Part shown: one piece after another, positions 37,072-45,566 of the stretch
Layout of the letters: every line of letters starts with the position of its first letter
Position numbering within the stretch: the first letter of the stretch is position 1
Assembly: GCA_963732655.1 (NCBI GenBank)
Contig: CAVTAI010000006.1
Coordinates: 34,306 to 98,305 of the forward strand
Length of the DNA stretch: 64,000 nt
Direction: 5' to 3'
Origin: an uncultured Acidobacteriota bacterium
Lineage (GTDB): Bacteria; Actinomycetota; Acidimicrobiia; Acidimicrobiales; SHLQ01
Position numbers and translations under genes: made by a program
The notes under the pieces: model-generated
The model's input: only the letters and a program-made list of their open reading frames with translations
What the model was told of the DNA's origin: nothing
Database searches by the model: none

Positions 37072-37917
37072 CTAGGGGTTCCGATCGAAGCGCGAGCCCA
37101 GGCGAACGGCGAGGTCGTCGACGATACTCGGGGGCTCGTTCTTGGGGATCGAGATGATAGCCAGGTCCGCGCCCGCTTCTTCGTAGGCCCGGATCTCGTC
37201 GGTGAGGTGGTCGAGATCGCCGCCGCGGACCATGGCCGACACGCAGATATCGGCGATGTCGCGCCCTTCCTCGGCGCAGCACCGGGCCAGGACCTCTCTG
37301 GTCGCCGTGAAGTCCTGCACCGAAGCGGTTTGTGACCCGTAGTTCCAGTGATGGGCGTACCGGGCCACCAGCGGCATGGTGCGGCGCCGGCCCGCCCCAC
37401 CGATGCAGATCGGCAGCGGACGCTGGATCGGCTTCGGATTGCACGGCGCCGCATCGAGCTGGAACCAGCGGCCGTCGAAGTCACTGTGATCGTTCGTGAG
37501 CAGGGTGTCGATCACGGCCAGGCCCTCGGCGAATCGTTCGAACCGCTCCGCCACACTCCCCAGCTCGATGCCGTAGGCACGGCACTCGTCCTCGTGCCAG
37601 CCGGCGCCGATCCCCAGCTCGAGCCGGCCCCCGCTCGTGATGTCGAGCGTGGCTGCCATGTTCGCCAGCACGGCCGGGTGGCGGTACACCATGCCCGTCA
37701 CCAGCACGCCGCCGCGCAGCCGCTCGGTCGCGGCCAGCAGCGCCGTGAGGGTGATCCAACCCTCCAGGCAGTCACCGTCGGCATCGCCCGACAGGGGCAC
37801 GAAGTGATCGAAGGTCCAGCCCGACTCGAACACCTCGTGAGCGTCGGCCCGGCGCCACACCTCCCGCAACCACTCCCAACTGGTGTGTTGGGGCGAGGTG
37901 CTGATGGCGAACCTCAT
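37072..37917 (-). CDS. LLM-class (F420/flavin-dependent) oxidoreductase
   Basis: Luciferase-like layout (LELGIGAGW, ICIGGAG). The ORF upstream of ATG 37917 is alternate-frame read-through. Confidence 0.85.
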   Translation of the reverse strand: MRFAISTSPQHTSWEWLREVWRRADAHEVFESGWTFDHFVPLSGDADGDCLEGWITLTALLAATERLRGGVLVTGMVYRHPAVLANMAATLDITSGGRLELGIGAGWHEDECRAYGIELGSVAERFERFAEGLAVIDTLLTNDHSDFDGRWFQLDAAPCNPKPIQRPLPICIGGAGRRRTMPLVARYAHHWNYGSQTASVQDFTATREVLARCCAEEGRDIADICVSAMVRGGDLDHLTDEIRAYEEAGADLAIISIPKNEPPSIVDDLAVRLGSRFDRNP

Positions 37918-37927
37918 GGCTGGCTCA

Positions 37928-38587
37928 TCACGTGGGCGGCCAGAGCGAGTCGGGGGCCGACCACCCCACCGGCGCGCCCCAACGCTCGGCGAACACCGCC
38001 TCCTCGGCCGGACGGCGCTTCGGCACGCCCCACTTCCCGATCGGGAACCCGATGGGCACCATGGCGTGCATGTGCCACACGCCGTCGTTCGGTACACCGA
38101 GCAACGCTTCGGCTTCGTCCTTGCGGTGTTTGAGCAGCGTCGTGATCGTCGTGCCGAGACCGAGAGAGCGAGCGACCAGGCAGAGGTTCCACAGGCACGG
38201 GAACGTGGTGGTCTCGCCGCCGGGTTTGCCGAACACGAAGATGAGGGCCGGCGACGTGTGGACGTTGTCGGCCAGCCACTGGGCCGACTTGTCGATCCGC
38301 GCCGATTGGGCGACCGCCGGATCGGCGTGGTCGCCCTCGGTGATCCGCTCCTGCACATGGGCGTATTGGGTGGCGTTGATCTGGTCGAGGCACGTGCGGT
38401 AGAGCTGCTGCACCCGGCCTTTCACGTCGGGGTCGGTGACGACCACGAACCGGAACCGTTGCTCGTTCCCGCTGTTGGGGCCCCGGATGGCGGCATCGAA
38501 GAGCACCGGCCACACCTCGTCGGGAACGGGAGTTGGTTCCAACCGGCGCATGGCGCGGGTCGTGTACACGGCCTCGAGGATGTCCAT
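37928..38587 (-). CDS. nitroreductase family protein
   Basis: Typical N-terminus ILEAVYTTRAMRRLEPTPVPDE ... AAIRGPNSGN. Confidence 0.85.
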   Translation of the reverse strand: MDILEAVYTTRAMRRLEPTPVPDEVWPVLFDAAIRGPNSGNEQRFRFVVVTDPDVKGRVQQLYRTCLDQINATQYAHVQERITEGDHADPAVAQSARIDKSAQWLADNVHTSPALIFVFGKPGGETTTFPCLWNLCLVARSLGLGTTITTLLKHRKDEAEALLGVPNDGVWHMHAMVPIGFPIGKWGVPKRRPAEEAVFAERWGAPVGWSAPDSLWPPT

Positions 38588-38593
38588 CGACAG

Positions 38594-38614
38594 AAACTAA
38601 CCGCGCGATATGTC
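38594..38614. promoter_or_regulatory. AAACTAACCGCGCGATATGTC word (operator/-10 candidate), 6 nt upstream of the nitroreductase ATG
   Basis: The 16-mer AAACTAACCGCGCGAT is identical to 63421-63436. The 13-mer CGCGCGATATGTC is identical to 43058-43070. On the coding strand it reads GGTTAGTTT-ctgtcg-ATG. Confidence 0.5.
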
Positions 38615-38637
38615 AGCGGCCGATTCGTGGTGGGTGC

Positions 38638-39840
38638 TCAGGGCTGGTGGAACTCCTCGGCACCGTGGATCAGGGCGGGCAGATCCGGATCCTCGGTGGT
38701 GACCAATTGCTCCACCCAGCGGTGGAACCGCTGGCCGCCGCCCTCGTTGCGGCCGAACAGGACGTGGTCACGGGCGCCGGTCCGGAGGGCTTTCTGGATG
38801 CCGAGACCGGTCGCGTAGTCCTCGTCCCGCACGACACCGAGGAGGAAGGCCATCCGCGTGTCGATCAACTCCGAGGTCTCCGGAGTCGGCTCGAAGGTGG
38901 CCAGAAAGTTCTGGACGGTGACCGATGAACCGGGATCGGGCCCGGGCAGCAGCTGGGAAACCATGTACAGGCGACCCCCGGCATCGAACGAGGCGACGGA
39001 GACGTGAGGGAAGATCGTCCACACCCCGCCGAGCATGGCCTCGTGCGGCCATTCGTCCTCCGGCTGACCGTCGAGCACCACGATGCGATCGTCGGGTTGG
39101 GTCAGCCGTTGGTGGGGACCCCAGGCGTCGTAGATGGCCTTGTTGTTGTAGTCCGGACCGAAGGTGTTCCGGTGCAGCACGGGGAGGTGGTAGAAGTCGA
39201 GGTAGCCGTCGTAGGCGAGCTTCCAGTTCGGCCCGGCGACCCTCTGGCGGCCGACCAGCCGGCAGTCGCCGAAACGATGCTCGGCCAACACCCGCTCGTA
39301 GCCACCGAGCCAGGCGTCGGTGTCGAACCAGGCGTCGGGCCTCACCGAGCCGAACACGAGCCCGGCCCGCTCGGCCACCGGCAAGGGCAGCAGGCCGTGG
39401 CACGAGCGGTCGATCTCCCCGAACGCCGACTCGTCGAAGACACCGACCAGGGCACCCTGCGAGTCGTAGGACCAGGCGTGGTATGGGCAGGTGAAGCGTC
39501 GGGCCACGCCGGCTGGTTCGGTCTCGACGATGGCGCCGCGGTGGCCGCACATGTTCACGAACGATCGCAGCACACCGTCGCCGCCCCGGGTCAACAGCAC
39601 CGGGACGCCGGCCACCTCGATGGTGGTGAACGAGTGGGCCTCGGCGAGTTCACAGCTGAACCCCAGGACCAGCGGTACCCGCCCGAAGATCCGAACCATC
39701 TCGAGCTGCCAACGATCCGGATCGGTGTAGTTGGACGCCGCGACCGTGGTGACGCCCGGTTCGAGCGGGCGGGTCCCGGCCTGAGCGTGCGCCAGGGTCC
39801 GCCGGGCCATGGCGACGAGGTCGGATCGGCCCGAGGTCAC
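38638..39840 (-). CDS. Rieske oxygenase alpha subunit (paralog 4; alternative start ATG 39810)
   Basis: CGHRG ... CPYHAW; iron motif DFYHLPVLH. Confidence 0.85.
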   Translation of the reverse strand: MTSGRSDLVAMARRTLAHAQAGTRPLEPGVTTVAASNYTDPDRWQLEMVRIFGRVPLVLGFSCELAEAHSFTTIEVAGVPVLLTRGGDGVLRSFVNMCGHRGAIVETEPAGVARRFTCPYHAWSYDSQGALVGVFDESAFGEIDRSCHGLLPLPVAERAGLVFGSVRPDAWFDTDAWLGGYERVLAEHRFGDCRLVGRQRVAGPNWKLAYDGYLDFYHLPVLHRNTFGPDYNNKAIYDAWGPHQRLTQPDDRIVVLDGQPEDEWPHEAMLGGVWTIFPHVSVASFDAGGRLYMVSQLLPGPDPGSSVTVQNFLATFEPTPETSELIDTRMAFLLGVVRDEDYATGLGIQKALRTGARDHVLFGRNEGGGQRFHRWVEQLVTTEDPDLPALIHGAEEFHQP

Positions 39841-39848
39841 CGGCGCCT

Positions 39849-40073
39849 CTACCCGCTCGTGGACGGCGGGACCGTCTCGTGCAATCGGTGGTTCGGGATG
39901 CGGGGCCCCGCGACCCAGCCGCACAGCTGGGGATCGCACTCCCGGATGTCGCCTTCGATCCACGAACCATCAGGCCGGAAGCGACCCGTTCGGCCGTCGA
40001 GAGTCACGACCAGCGTGCCGTCGTCAGCGCGCTCGTAGATCGCCCCGGTGAACGGATGACGGGCGCCCAGCAT
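39849..40073 (-). CDS. small hypothetical protein (74 aa) between two Rieske oxygenase genes
   Basis: The ATG shares one base with the upstream TGA (TGATG). GC3-rich codons. Two Cys in ECDPQLCGW. Confidence 0.5.
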   Translation of the reverse strand: MLGARHPFTGAIYERADDGTLVVTLDGRTGRFRPDGSWIEGDIRECDPQLCGWVAGPRIPNHRLHETVPPSTSG

Positions 40074-41464
40074 CAGTCAGCCTCCCCGGCCGAATCGCGC
40101 CCCAGCACCCATTCGTCGAGCTTGGCGTGCAGCCACCGGATCTTGGACTCCTGGTAGAGGCCCAGGGTCATGGTCGGCTTGCGGGAGGTCTCGAGCCCCC
40201 GCTGGACCTTGGGCATGTTGAACAGATCCTGGTTGAAGATCTTGCCGATCATGCCCAATTCGGCCGCGTCGGTGAAGGTCTCGTGCTCGTCCAACATGTG
40301 CATCTCGGCCGGTGGCGGCCGCTCACCCGAGAACGGCGCGAGGTAGATGCACTCCATGATGGAGCTGCGGTGATCGTCGCCGTTGGGACGAAAGCGGTAG
40401 ACGATGCGGTTGAACGCTCCCCAGGGGTGGAAGTTCGGGAACACCGTGTAGTCGATGTTGTCGTTGAGCTCGGCGTCGGACATGTCGTCGACGAGGTCGC
40501 CGACGACCGGCCGCCACCGCTCCCGGGCCGCGTCGGCGGCCACCTGACGCATCGTGCGACCGTGGGGGATCGGCATCGGGTTGTCCTGATCGACCCGGAT
40601 GTCGAGCATGGCCCGCATCATCTCGTCCTCGCTGGGCGGCGGGTCGAGGTTGGGGCTGGGCGTTCCGCCCGGGGTGATGGCTCGGGCGAAGTTCTCCCAG
40701 ATGTCCACCTGGCTGTTGGTGTCACCGAGATAGGCCAACGCCTGGGGGTGGGTTCCGCTGACGTGGTAGGCCTCGCAGAACGCCTCCTGGGCCACCTTCC
40801 AGTTGGCCGGGACGACCTTGGCCACGTGGGCCTGCTTGTAGCGGTTCGACAGGTCCCAGACCGTGAAGTGGTCGACGATCTCGCCGAGGTAGTCCTCGAG
40901 GGGCTCGGCCTCGGGGTCGGGATTGATGAACACGAACCCACCCCAGGTGCCCACGCGACATTCCGGCAGCGAGAACTCCTCGGGCACCACCTGGCCGAAA
41001 TCCCATTGTGACGGCACGAAGGACAGGGTGCCGTCGAGCGCCCAGGTGTACCCGTGGTAGGGACAGCGAAACTCTCCGCACCGCCCGCTGTAGTCCTTGA
41101 GCTGTCGGCCCCGGTGCAGGCAGGCGTTGGGATAGGCCTTGATCTGGTCGTTCGCGACCCGAACGACGATGTAGGAGGACCGGGCGATCTCATAGATCAC
41201 GTGGTCGCCGACCTCGGGGATCTCTTCCTCGCGGCAGGCGAACTGCCAGACCCGACTCCACAGGTTGGCGACCTCGGCGTCGTGCCAGTCGCGTGAGATG
41301 TATCGGTCGATCGATATCTCCTCGGCGCCCATGAACCTCGGGTGCTCGATGCGAAGTACCGCCGGAACCTCGCGGGTATCGGTATCGAGGAGGGCCTGAT
41401 ACGAGATGCCGGGCGAACGAGCCTGGCCGAGCTCGGGCCCATCGTTCGCGCTCGTTTGGCTCAC
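40073..41464 (-). CDS. Rieske oxygenase alpha subunit (paralog 5, about 463 aa)
   Basis: CLHRG ... CPYHGY; iron motif EAYHVSGTH. GAAGGGGG lies upstream of GTG 41464. Confidence 0.85.
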   Translation of the reverse strand: MSQTSANDGPELGQARSPGISYQALLDTDTREVPAVLRIEHPRFMGAEEISIDRYISRDWHDAEVANLWSRVWQFACREEEIPEVGDHVIYEIARSSYIVVRVANDQIKAYPNACLHRGRQLKDYSGRCGEFRCPYHGYTWALDGTLSFVPSQWDFGQVVPEEFSLPECRVGTWGGFVFINPDPEAEPLEDYLGEIVDHFTVWDLSNRYKQAHVAKVVPANWKVAQEAFCEAYHVSGTHPQALAYLGDTNSQVDIWENFARAITPGGTPSPNLDPPPSEDEMMRAMLDIRVDQDNPMPIPHGRTMRQVAADAARERWRPVVGDLVDDMSDAELNDNIDYTVFPNFHPWGAFNRIVYRFRPNGDDHRSSIMECIYLAPFSGERPPPAEMHMLDEHETFTDAAELGMIGKIFNQDLFNMPKVQRGLETSRKPTMTLGLYQESKIRWLHAKLDEWVLGRDSAGEAD

Positions 41465-41497
41465 AACGCCCCCTTCATCGATGTCATCCCGTGCTCC

Positions 41498-41521
41498 ATT
41501 ATTGACCGCTGAGTTAATTAT
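41498..41521. promoter_or_regulatory. AT-rich imperfect inverted repeat ATTATTGAC-cgctga-GTTAATTAT
   Basis: Lies 34 nt upstream of the paralog 5 start. 7 of 9 arm positions are complementary. Confidence 0.3.
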
Positions 41522-41585
41522 CGTCCAACCGGCCCGCTCCCCAGAGTTGCTCAGTCCTGCCTTCGGCAATACAGCCCGGGGCCCA

Positions 41586-42215
41586 TCAGCGGGACAGGAC
41601 CGTGGTCAGCTCGGCCAGCGCCTCGGCGGGGTCGACCACGTGGATCGTGGTCCAGCCGAGTGTCGCCGCCGGCACGAGGTTGTCGGCGAAGTCGTCGAGG
41701 TAGGCGATGGCATCATGCGCCACGCCCAGCTGTTGCGCGGTCACCTCGTAGATGGCGGGCTCAGGCTTGCGGCACCCGACGAGTGAAGAATCGATGACGG
41801 CCGTGAACACCGAGAAGTCCATCTGCGCCTCGATGATGTGCCGGGCCTCGACGAAGCTGTTGGTGAGAAGCGCGACCCGCACACCCTCATCGCTCAGGGA
41901 GGTGATGCGGCTCACCACGTCGTCGTTGAGCGTGAACCCTTGACCGGTCAAGATGTCGTCGATCTCATCGCCGACGAGCTGGATGCCCGCGGCACCGGCG
42001 TAGGCACCAATTAGTCCCTGGATCTCGGCGGTCGGGATCTCGCCTCGCTCGGCCCGGTGCCAGGGATGGTCCGACGAGTGGTGCCGCGGCCCCATGACCA
42101 CCTCCAACATCGTCAGCATGTCCGTGCGGGCGCGTCGAGCCAGCCGGTTGAGCTGGTTGGTGATGGGCGTGATGACCACGCCTCCGAAATCGAAGACGAC
42201 GGCGTCGATGGGCAT
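41586..42215 (-). CDS. HAD family hydrolase
   Basis: Motif I-like AVVFDFGGV at the N-terminus and a downstream DDxxxN-like motif. Confidence 0.8.
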   Translation of the reverse strand: MPIDAVVFDFGGVVITPITNQLNRLARRARTDMLTMLEVVMGPRHHSSDHPWHRAERGEIPTAEIQGLIGAYAGAAGIQLVGDEIDDILTGQGFTLNDDVVSRITSLSDEGVRVALLTNSFVEARHIIEAQMDFSVFTAVIDSSLVGCRKPEPAIYEVTAQQLGVAHDAIAYLDDFADNLVPAATLGWTTIHVVDPAEALAELTTVLSR

Positions 42216-42225
42216 GGGTATCCAG

Positions 42226-43038
42226 TCAGATGATGTCGATGGCGTCGAAAACCAGCGCGGCGTACCGGTCATCGCCGGCCAGTGTGCAGGCTTGGCGCCA
42301 CGGCGAGCGTTTGGTGCCCCAGCTCACGAAGTCGTGCGCCGTCGAGGTGACCGTCGCCGCGGCGCCCGAGTCGGCACCTTCGGTCACCGAGATGAATCCG
42401 CTCTCGTCGGCCGGTACCAACGTCCACGAGCCACCACCCGGCCCGGTGAGGTTGACCGCGAGCGGGCGGTCGACGATCCGCATGGCCGCAGTGCACATCT
42501 GCGGCAGGCCGGCCCACATCCAGCCTATCCCGGGGCGGAGCCGACGGTCATCGACATCGGGGATGTCGATCATCAGCGGCCCCCCGGGCGCCAGGAGATC
42601 GTGGCGGAGGTGGCAGTAGTGATCGAAGCAGTAGGCGTCGGCCAGCTGGTGCATCTGGTATGTCCCGAGATCTCCGACCGGGAGGGGTGAGGAGGCCAGG
42701 GGTTCCTCCTGCATGGCGGCCAGGGTCGCGAAGGCACGCTCCCGGTAGGCCTCGTACTCGGCGAGCAGCTGATCCGGGGTCCAGGATCGTCGGGGCGCGA
42801 CGAGCGCCTCCATGGCCATCTCCGCCGTGGCCTCCGCCGGAGGCGGACCATCTACCGATGCCGGAGGCGAGGGGTCGACCATCTCCTTGAAGTTCGAGGT
42901 GAGGTGGGCCAGAACGTCCTGCACCCGCCAGCCTCGGCACGCACTCGGCTGGTCCCACTGCTCAGGCGTGATCCGGGCCAGGACGATCTGGAGGTCGGCG
43001 TGGTTGGCCTTCAGGCCCTCGATGGCGTCGATGCTCAT
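42226..43038 (-). CDS. maleylpyruvate isomerase-family, mycothiol-dependent (DinB-like) protein
   Basis: N-terminal DinB-type helix pattern (WDQPSACRGWRVQDVLAHL). Confidence 0.8.
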   Translation of the reverse strand: MSIDAIEGLKANHADLQIVLARITPEQWDQPSACRGWRVQDVLAHLTSNFKEMVDPSPPASVDGPPPAEATAEMAMEALVAPRRSWTPDQLLAEYEAYRERAFATLAAMQEEPLASSPLPVGDLGTYQMHQLADAYCFDHYCHLRHDLLAPGGPLMIDIPDVDDRRLRPGIGWMWAGLPQMCTAAMRIVDRPLAVNLTGPGGGSWTLVPADESGFISVTEGADSGAAATVTSTAHDFVSWGTKRSPWRQACTLAGDDRYAALVFDAIDII

Positions 43039-43047
43039 GAGCAGACG

Positions 43048-43070
43048 ATAATTCGATCGCGCGATATGTC
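43048..43070. promoter_or_regulatory. ATAATTCG-ATCGCGCGAT-ATGTC word containing a perfect 10-bp palindrome
   Basis: ATCGCGCGAT at 43056-43065. CGCGCGATATGTC is identical to 38602-38614. Lies in the divergent intergenic region between the DinB-like gene and the ADH gene. Confidence 0.45.
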
Positions 43071-43124
43071 GCCGAGGCCGGCTGTCTCGGGCACGACCTC
43101 GCCTGACCCTGAGGACGTACCCAG

Positions 43125-44159
43125 ATGCACGCGGCACTGATCACCGGAGCAGGACAAGTCGAACTGGTCGAGTTTCCCGAGCCCGAACCAGCTCCCGATG
43201 GGGTGGTGGTCGACATCGCCTTCTGCGGGATCTGCGGCACGGACATCCACGCTTTCCAGTCCGGCCGGCCCTACACGCCGGCGGTCTGCGGCCACGAGTG
43301 GACCGGAACCTTGTCGGCGGTGGGGCACGACGTCCGGCGCCTGAGCGAGGGCGACCGGGTCGTCGTGGCCGTACCGCCACCGTGCGGTGAGTGCGCGGCG
43401 TGTCGCTCGGGCCTCACCGAGCGGTGCGAACGCGTGGCCCTGGCGGCCCGGGGCCGCGACCCCGGAGCGCCCCCGCATGGGGGTTTCGCGCCGCGGCTGG
43501 CCATGCCCGCCGGACGGGTTGTGGCGGCGGACCCGAGGCTAAACGACGAACAGCTCGCCCTCGTCGAACCGGCCACGATCACCTTCCACGCCGTCCGACG
43601 CAGTGGGATCCGGCTCGGCGACCTCGCCGTCATCCAGGGCGCTGGACCCATCGGCCTGCTGACCCTTCAGTGGGCGCGGGCCGCCGGCGCTCGTGCGGTC
43701 CTGGTCGTGGAACCCAACCCGGCCCGAGCCGCCATGGCCGCCGTCCTCGGCGCCGATCTCGTCGTCACCCCGGACGACGCCGACGACGTCATCCGCGAGC
43801 ACACCCAGGGGCTCGGGGCCGACATCGTGTACGAGTGCGCCGGCCTGGCGTCGACCGTGGAACGGGCCGTGGAGCTGGCCCGAGCCGGTGGCAGCGTGTG
43901 CCTCATCGGCCTGGCCGACGGCACGGCCACCATCACCCCCGGCCTGTGGCTGCGCAAGGAGATCGCCTTCACCGGTGCGCTGGCATACCGCCACGAGGAG
44001 TTCGCCATGGTCATGTCGATGATCGCCGACGGACGCGTCGACGTCGCCTCGCAGCACACCGCCACCACCTCGCTCGCCGGCCTCGGCGAGACGATCGCCG
44101 ACCTGGCGTCGGGCCGAAGCGAGCAGATGAAGGTGCTCGTCAAGCCGACCTGGGAGTGA
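43125..44159 (+). CDS. zinc-dependent medium-chain alcohol dehydrogenase
   Basis: Zn ligands CGICGTDIH and GHE, structural Zn cluster CGECAACRSG, Rossmann GAGPIG. Confidence 0.9.
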   Translation: MHAALITGAGQVELVEFPEPEPAPDGVVVDIAFCGICGTDIHAFQSGRPYTPAVCGHEWTGTLSAVGHDVRRLSEGDRVVVAVPPPCGECAACRSGLTERCERVALAARGRDPGAPPHGGFAPRLAMPAGRVVAADPRLNDEQLALVEPATITFHAVRRSGIRLGDLAVIQGAGPIGLLTLQWARAAGARAVLVVEPNPARAAMAAVLGADLVVTPDDADDVIREHTQGLGADIVYECAGLASTVERAVELARAGGSVCLIGLADGTATITPGLWLRKEIAFTGALAYRHEEFAMVMSMIADGRVDVASQHTATTSLAGLGETIADLASGRSEQMKVLVKPTWE

Positions 44160-44194
44160 GCGGAACCAGAAGCCGGCGTTCGTCGACCAACGCA

Positions 44195-44224
44195 AACGGC
44201 CCGGGACCGAAGCCCCGGGCCGTT
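44195..44224. terminator. strong hairpin AACGGCCCGGG-(8 nt)-CCCGGGCCGTT between convergent genes
   Basis: Perfect 11-bp stem. Confidence 0.7.
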
Positions 44225-44231
44225 GACGCTA

Positions 44232-44252
44232 GACGTCGGTCGAGCCGACGTC
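44232..44252. terminator. second hairpin GACGTCGG-tcgag-CCGACGTC
   Basis: Perfect 8-bp stem, adjacent to the first hairpin. Confidence 0.5.
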
Positions 44253-44269
44253 AGGGGAGGGATTCAGGC

Positions 44270-45436
44270 TCACACACCCCAGAGGGCGGCGAACTGCTCG
44301 GTCAGACCCTCGGGGCCGTACCAGCCGTCGGTGGCGATGAGCGGCTCGGCCGTCGCAGCATCCGACACCAGGAAGGTGGGCAGGTTCGACACGACCCGCT
44401 CCTCGGTGTTCTCCTGGCCGATCGAGTGGCGAGCCATGGCGTCGACCATGACCCAGCCGGCGAACGGCTTGGGGTTGGCCGTCCAGAACGCCATGGTGCC
44501 ATCAACGATCTCCTGGAGCACAGCGGCACTGAAGTCGACGCCCACCAACTTGGCCTGCTCGAGCAAGCCGGCCTCGGCCAGCACGCTCGACACGCCACCG
44601 GTCAGACCGTCGAACGCGAAGTGCACGTAGTTGATCGTCGGGTCCTCCTGGAGCGCGGCGACGACGGCACCGGGAACCTCACCCGCAAGGAGCTGATCGA
44701 GGGTGAGGGCGAGCTCGGTGAACGTGCAGTCCGGGCAGTTGGCGTCATACGCCGCCTGGGCACCCTCACGCTCCGAGACCAGCACCGCGAAGTCGGGGAT
44801 GTTGACCATGAGCACGTTCGCGGCGCCGCCAGAATCGGCGATGACCGCCTGGGCCAGCAGGTTGCCGGTACCGGTCACGTTGGCCGCGTCACCGCACTGC
44901 GACCAGATGTTGTTGGCCTCACCCTCGGGCGCGGTGGTGTCGAAGCAGCTGAACACCCCGATGCCGGCCTCGCCGGCGGCCGCGATCGAATCGGCCACGG
45001 TCGCGAGCGGCGTGCCGGTGATGGCGATGTAGTCGACACCGAGGTCGATCGCCGCCTGGAAGCTGGGGGCCGGGTCGAAGCTCTCCGTCGGAACGACCTC
45101 GAGGTTCCAACCGAGCAGATCGACGGCATCTTGGAAGCCGGGCGTGATGGCCGTGCAGGACGGGAGCTCGCATTCCAGCCAGGCCACCGTCCGGGGCTCG
45201 GGCACGCTGTCGAGCGGCACGGTGTGCGGGATGTCGGTTGGGGCGACACCGTTGGCATCGACGATCGCCTGGGCGGCGGCAACGCCGTCGCCACCTCCTG
45301 CGGGCGCCTCGGTGACATCGGTCTCGGCGGCGGCGTCGGTCTCGGCCGCACCGTCGTCGTCATCGTCATCGCCGCACGAGGCGGCGATCAGCGTCAGGGC
45401 CAGCAAGGCTGCCAGCCAGGTCGCGTACTTCTTCAT
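44270..45436 (-). CDS. ABC transporter substrate-binding lipoprotein (sugar/periplasmic-binding type I)
   Basis: Signal plus lipobox LIAASCG, followed by an acidic linker DDDDDDG. Confidence 0.8.
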   Translation of the reverse strand: MKKYATWLAALLALTLIAASCGDDDDDDGAAETDAAAETDVTEAPAGGGDGVAAAQAIVDANGVAPTDIPHTVPLDSVPEPRTVAWLECELPSCTAITPGFQDAVDLLGWNLEVVPTESFDPAPSFQAAIDLGVDYIAITGTPLATVADSIAAAGEAGIGVFSCFDTTAPEGEANNIWSQCGDAANVTGTGNLLAQAVIADSGGAANVLMVNIPDFAVLVSEREGAQAAYDANCPDCTFTELALTLDQLLAGEVPGAVVAALQEDPTINYVHFAFDGLTGGVSSVLAEAGLLEQAKLVGVDFSAAVLQEIVDGTMAFWTANPKPFAGWVMVDAMARHSIGQENTEERVVSNLPTFLVSDAATAEPLIATDGWYGPEGLTEQFAALWGV

Positions 45437-45491
45437 CAAGGTCCCCCTCTGGGTGGTGTCACGAATCCTGCACGGCACAGGCTCCGAGCTA

Positions 45492-45505
45492 ATCAACCGG
45501 TTAAT
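45492..45505. promoter_or_regulatory. ATCAACCGGTTAAT operator-like 14-mer
   Basis: Identical, as its reverse complement, to 53415-53428. Lies in a divergent intergenic region. Confidence 0.55.
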
Positions 45506-45522
45506 ATATTCGGTCGACGGTC

Positions 45523-45532
45523 ACACTAGTGT
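45523..45532. promoter_or_regulatory. perfect palindrome ACACTAGTGT
   Basis: Same intergenic region as the 14-mer. ACACTAGT also occurs at 11211-11218 in another divergent intergenic region. Confidence 0.35.
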
Positions 45533-45566
45533 CGCGATCGTCATCAGGGGGAGTCGAGGGGGATTC

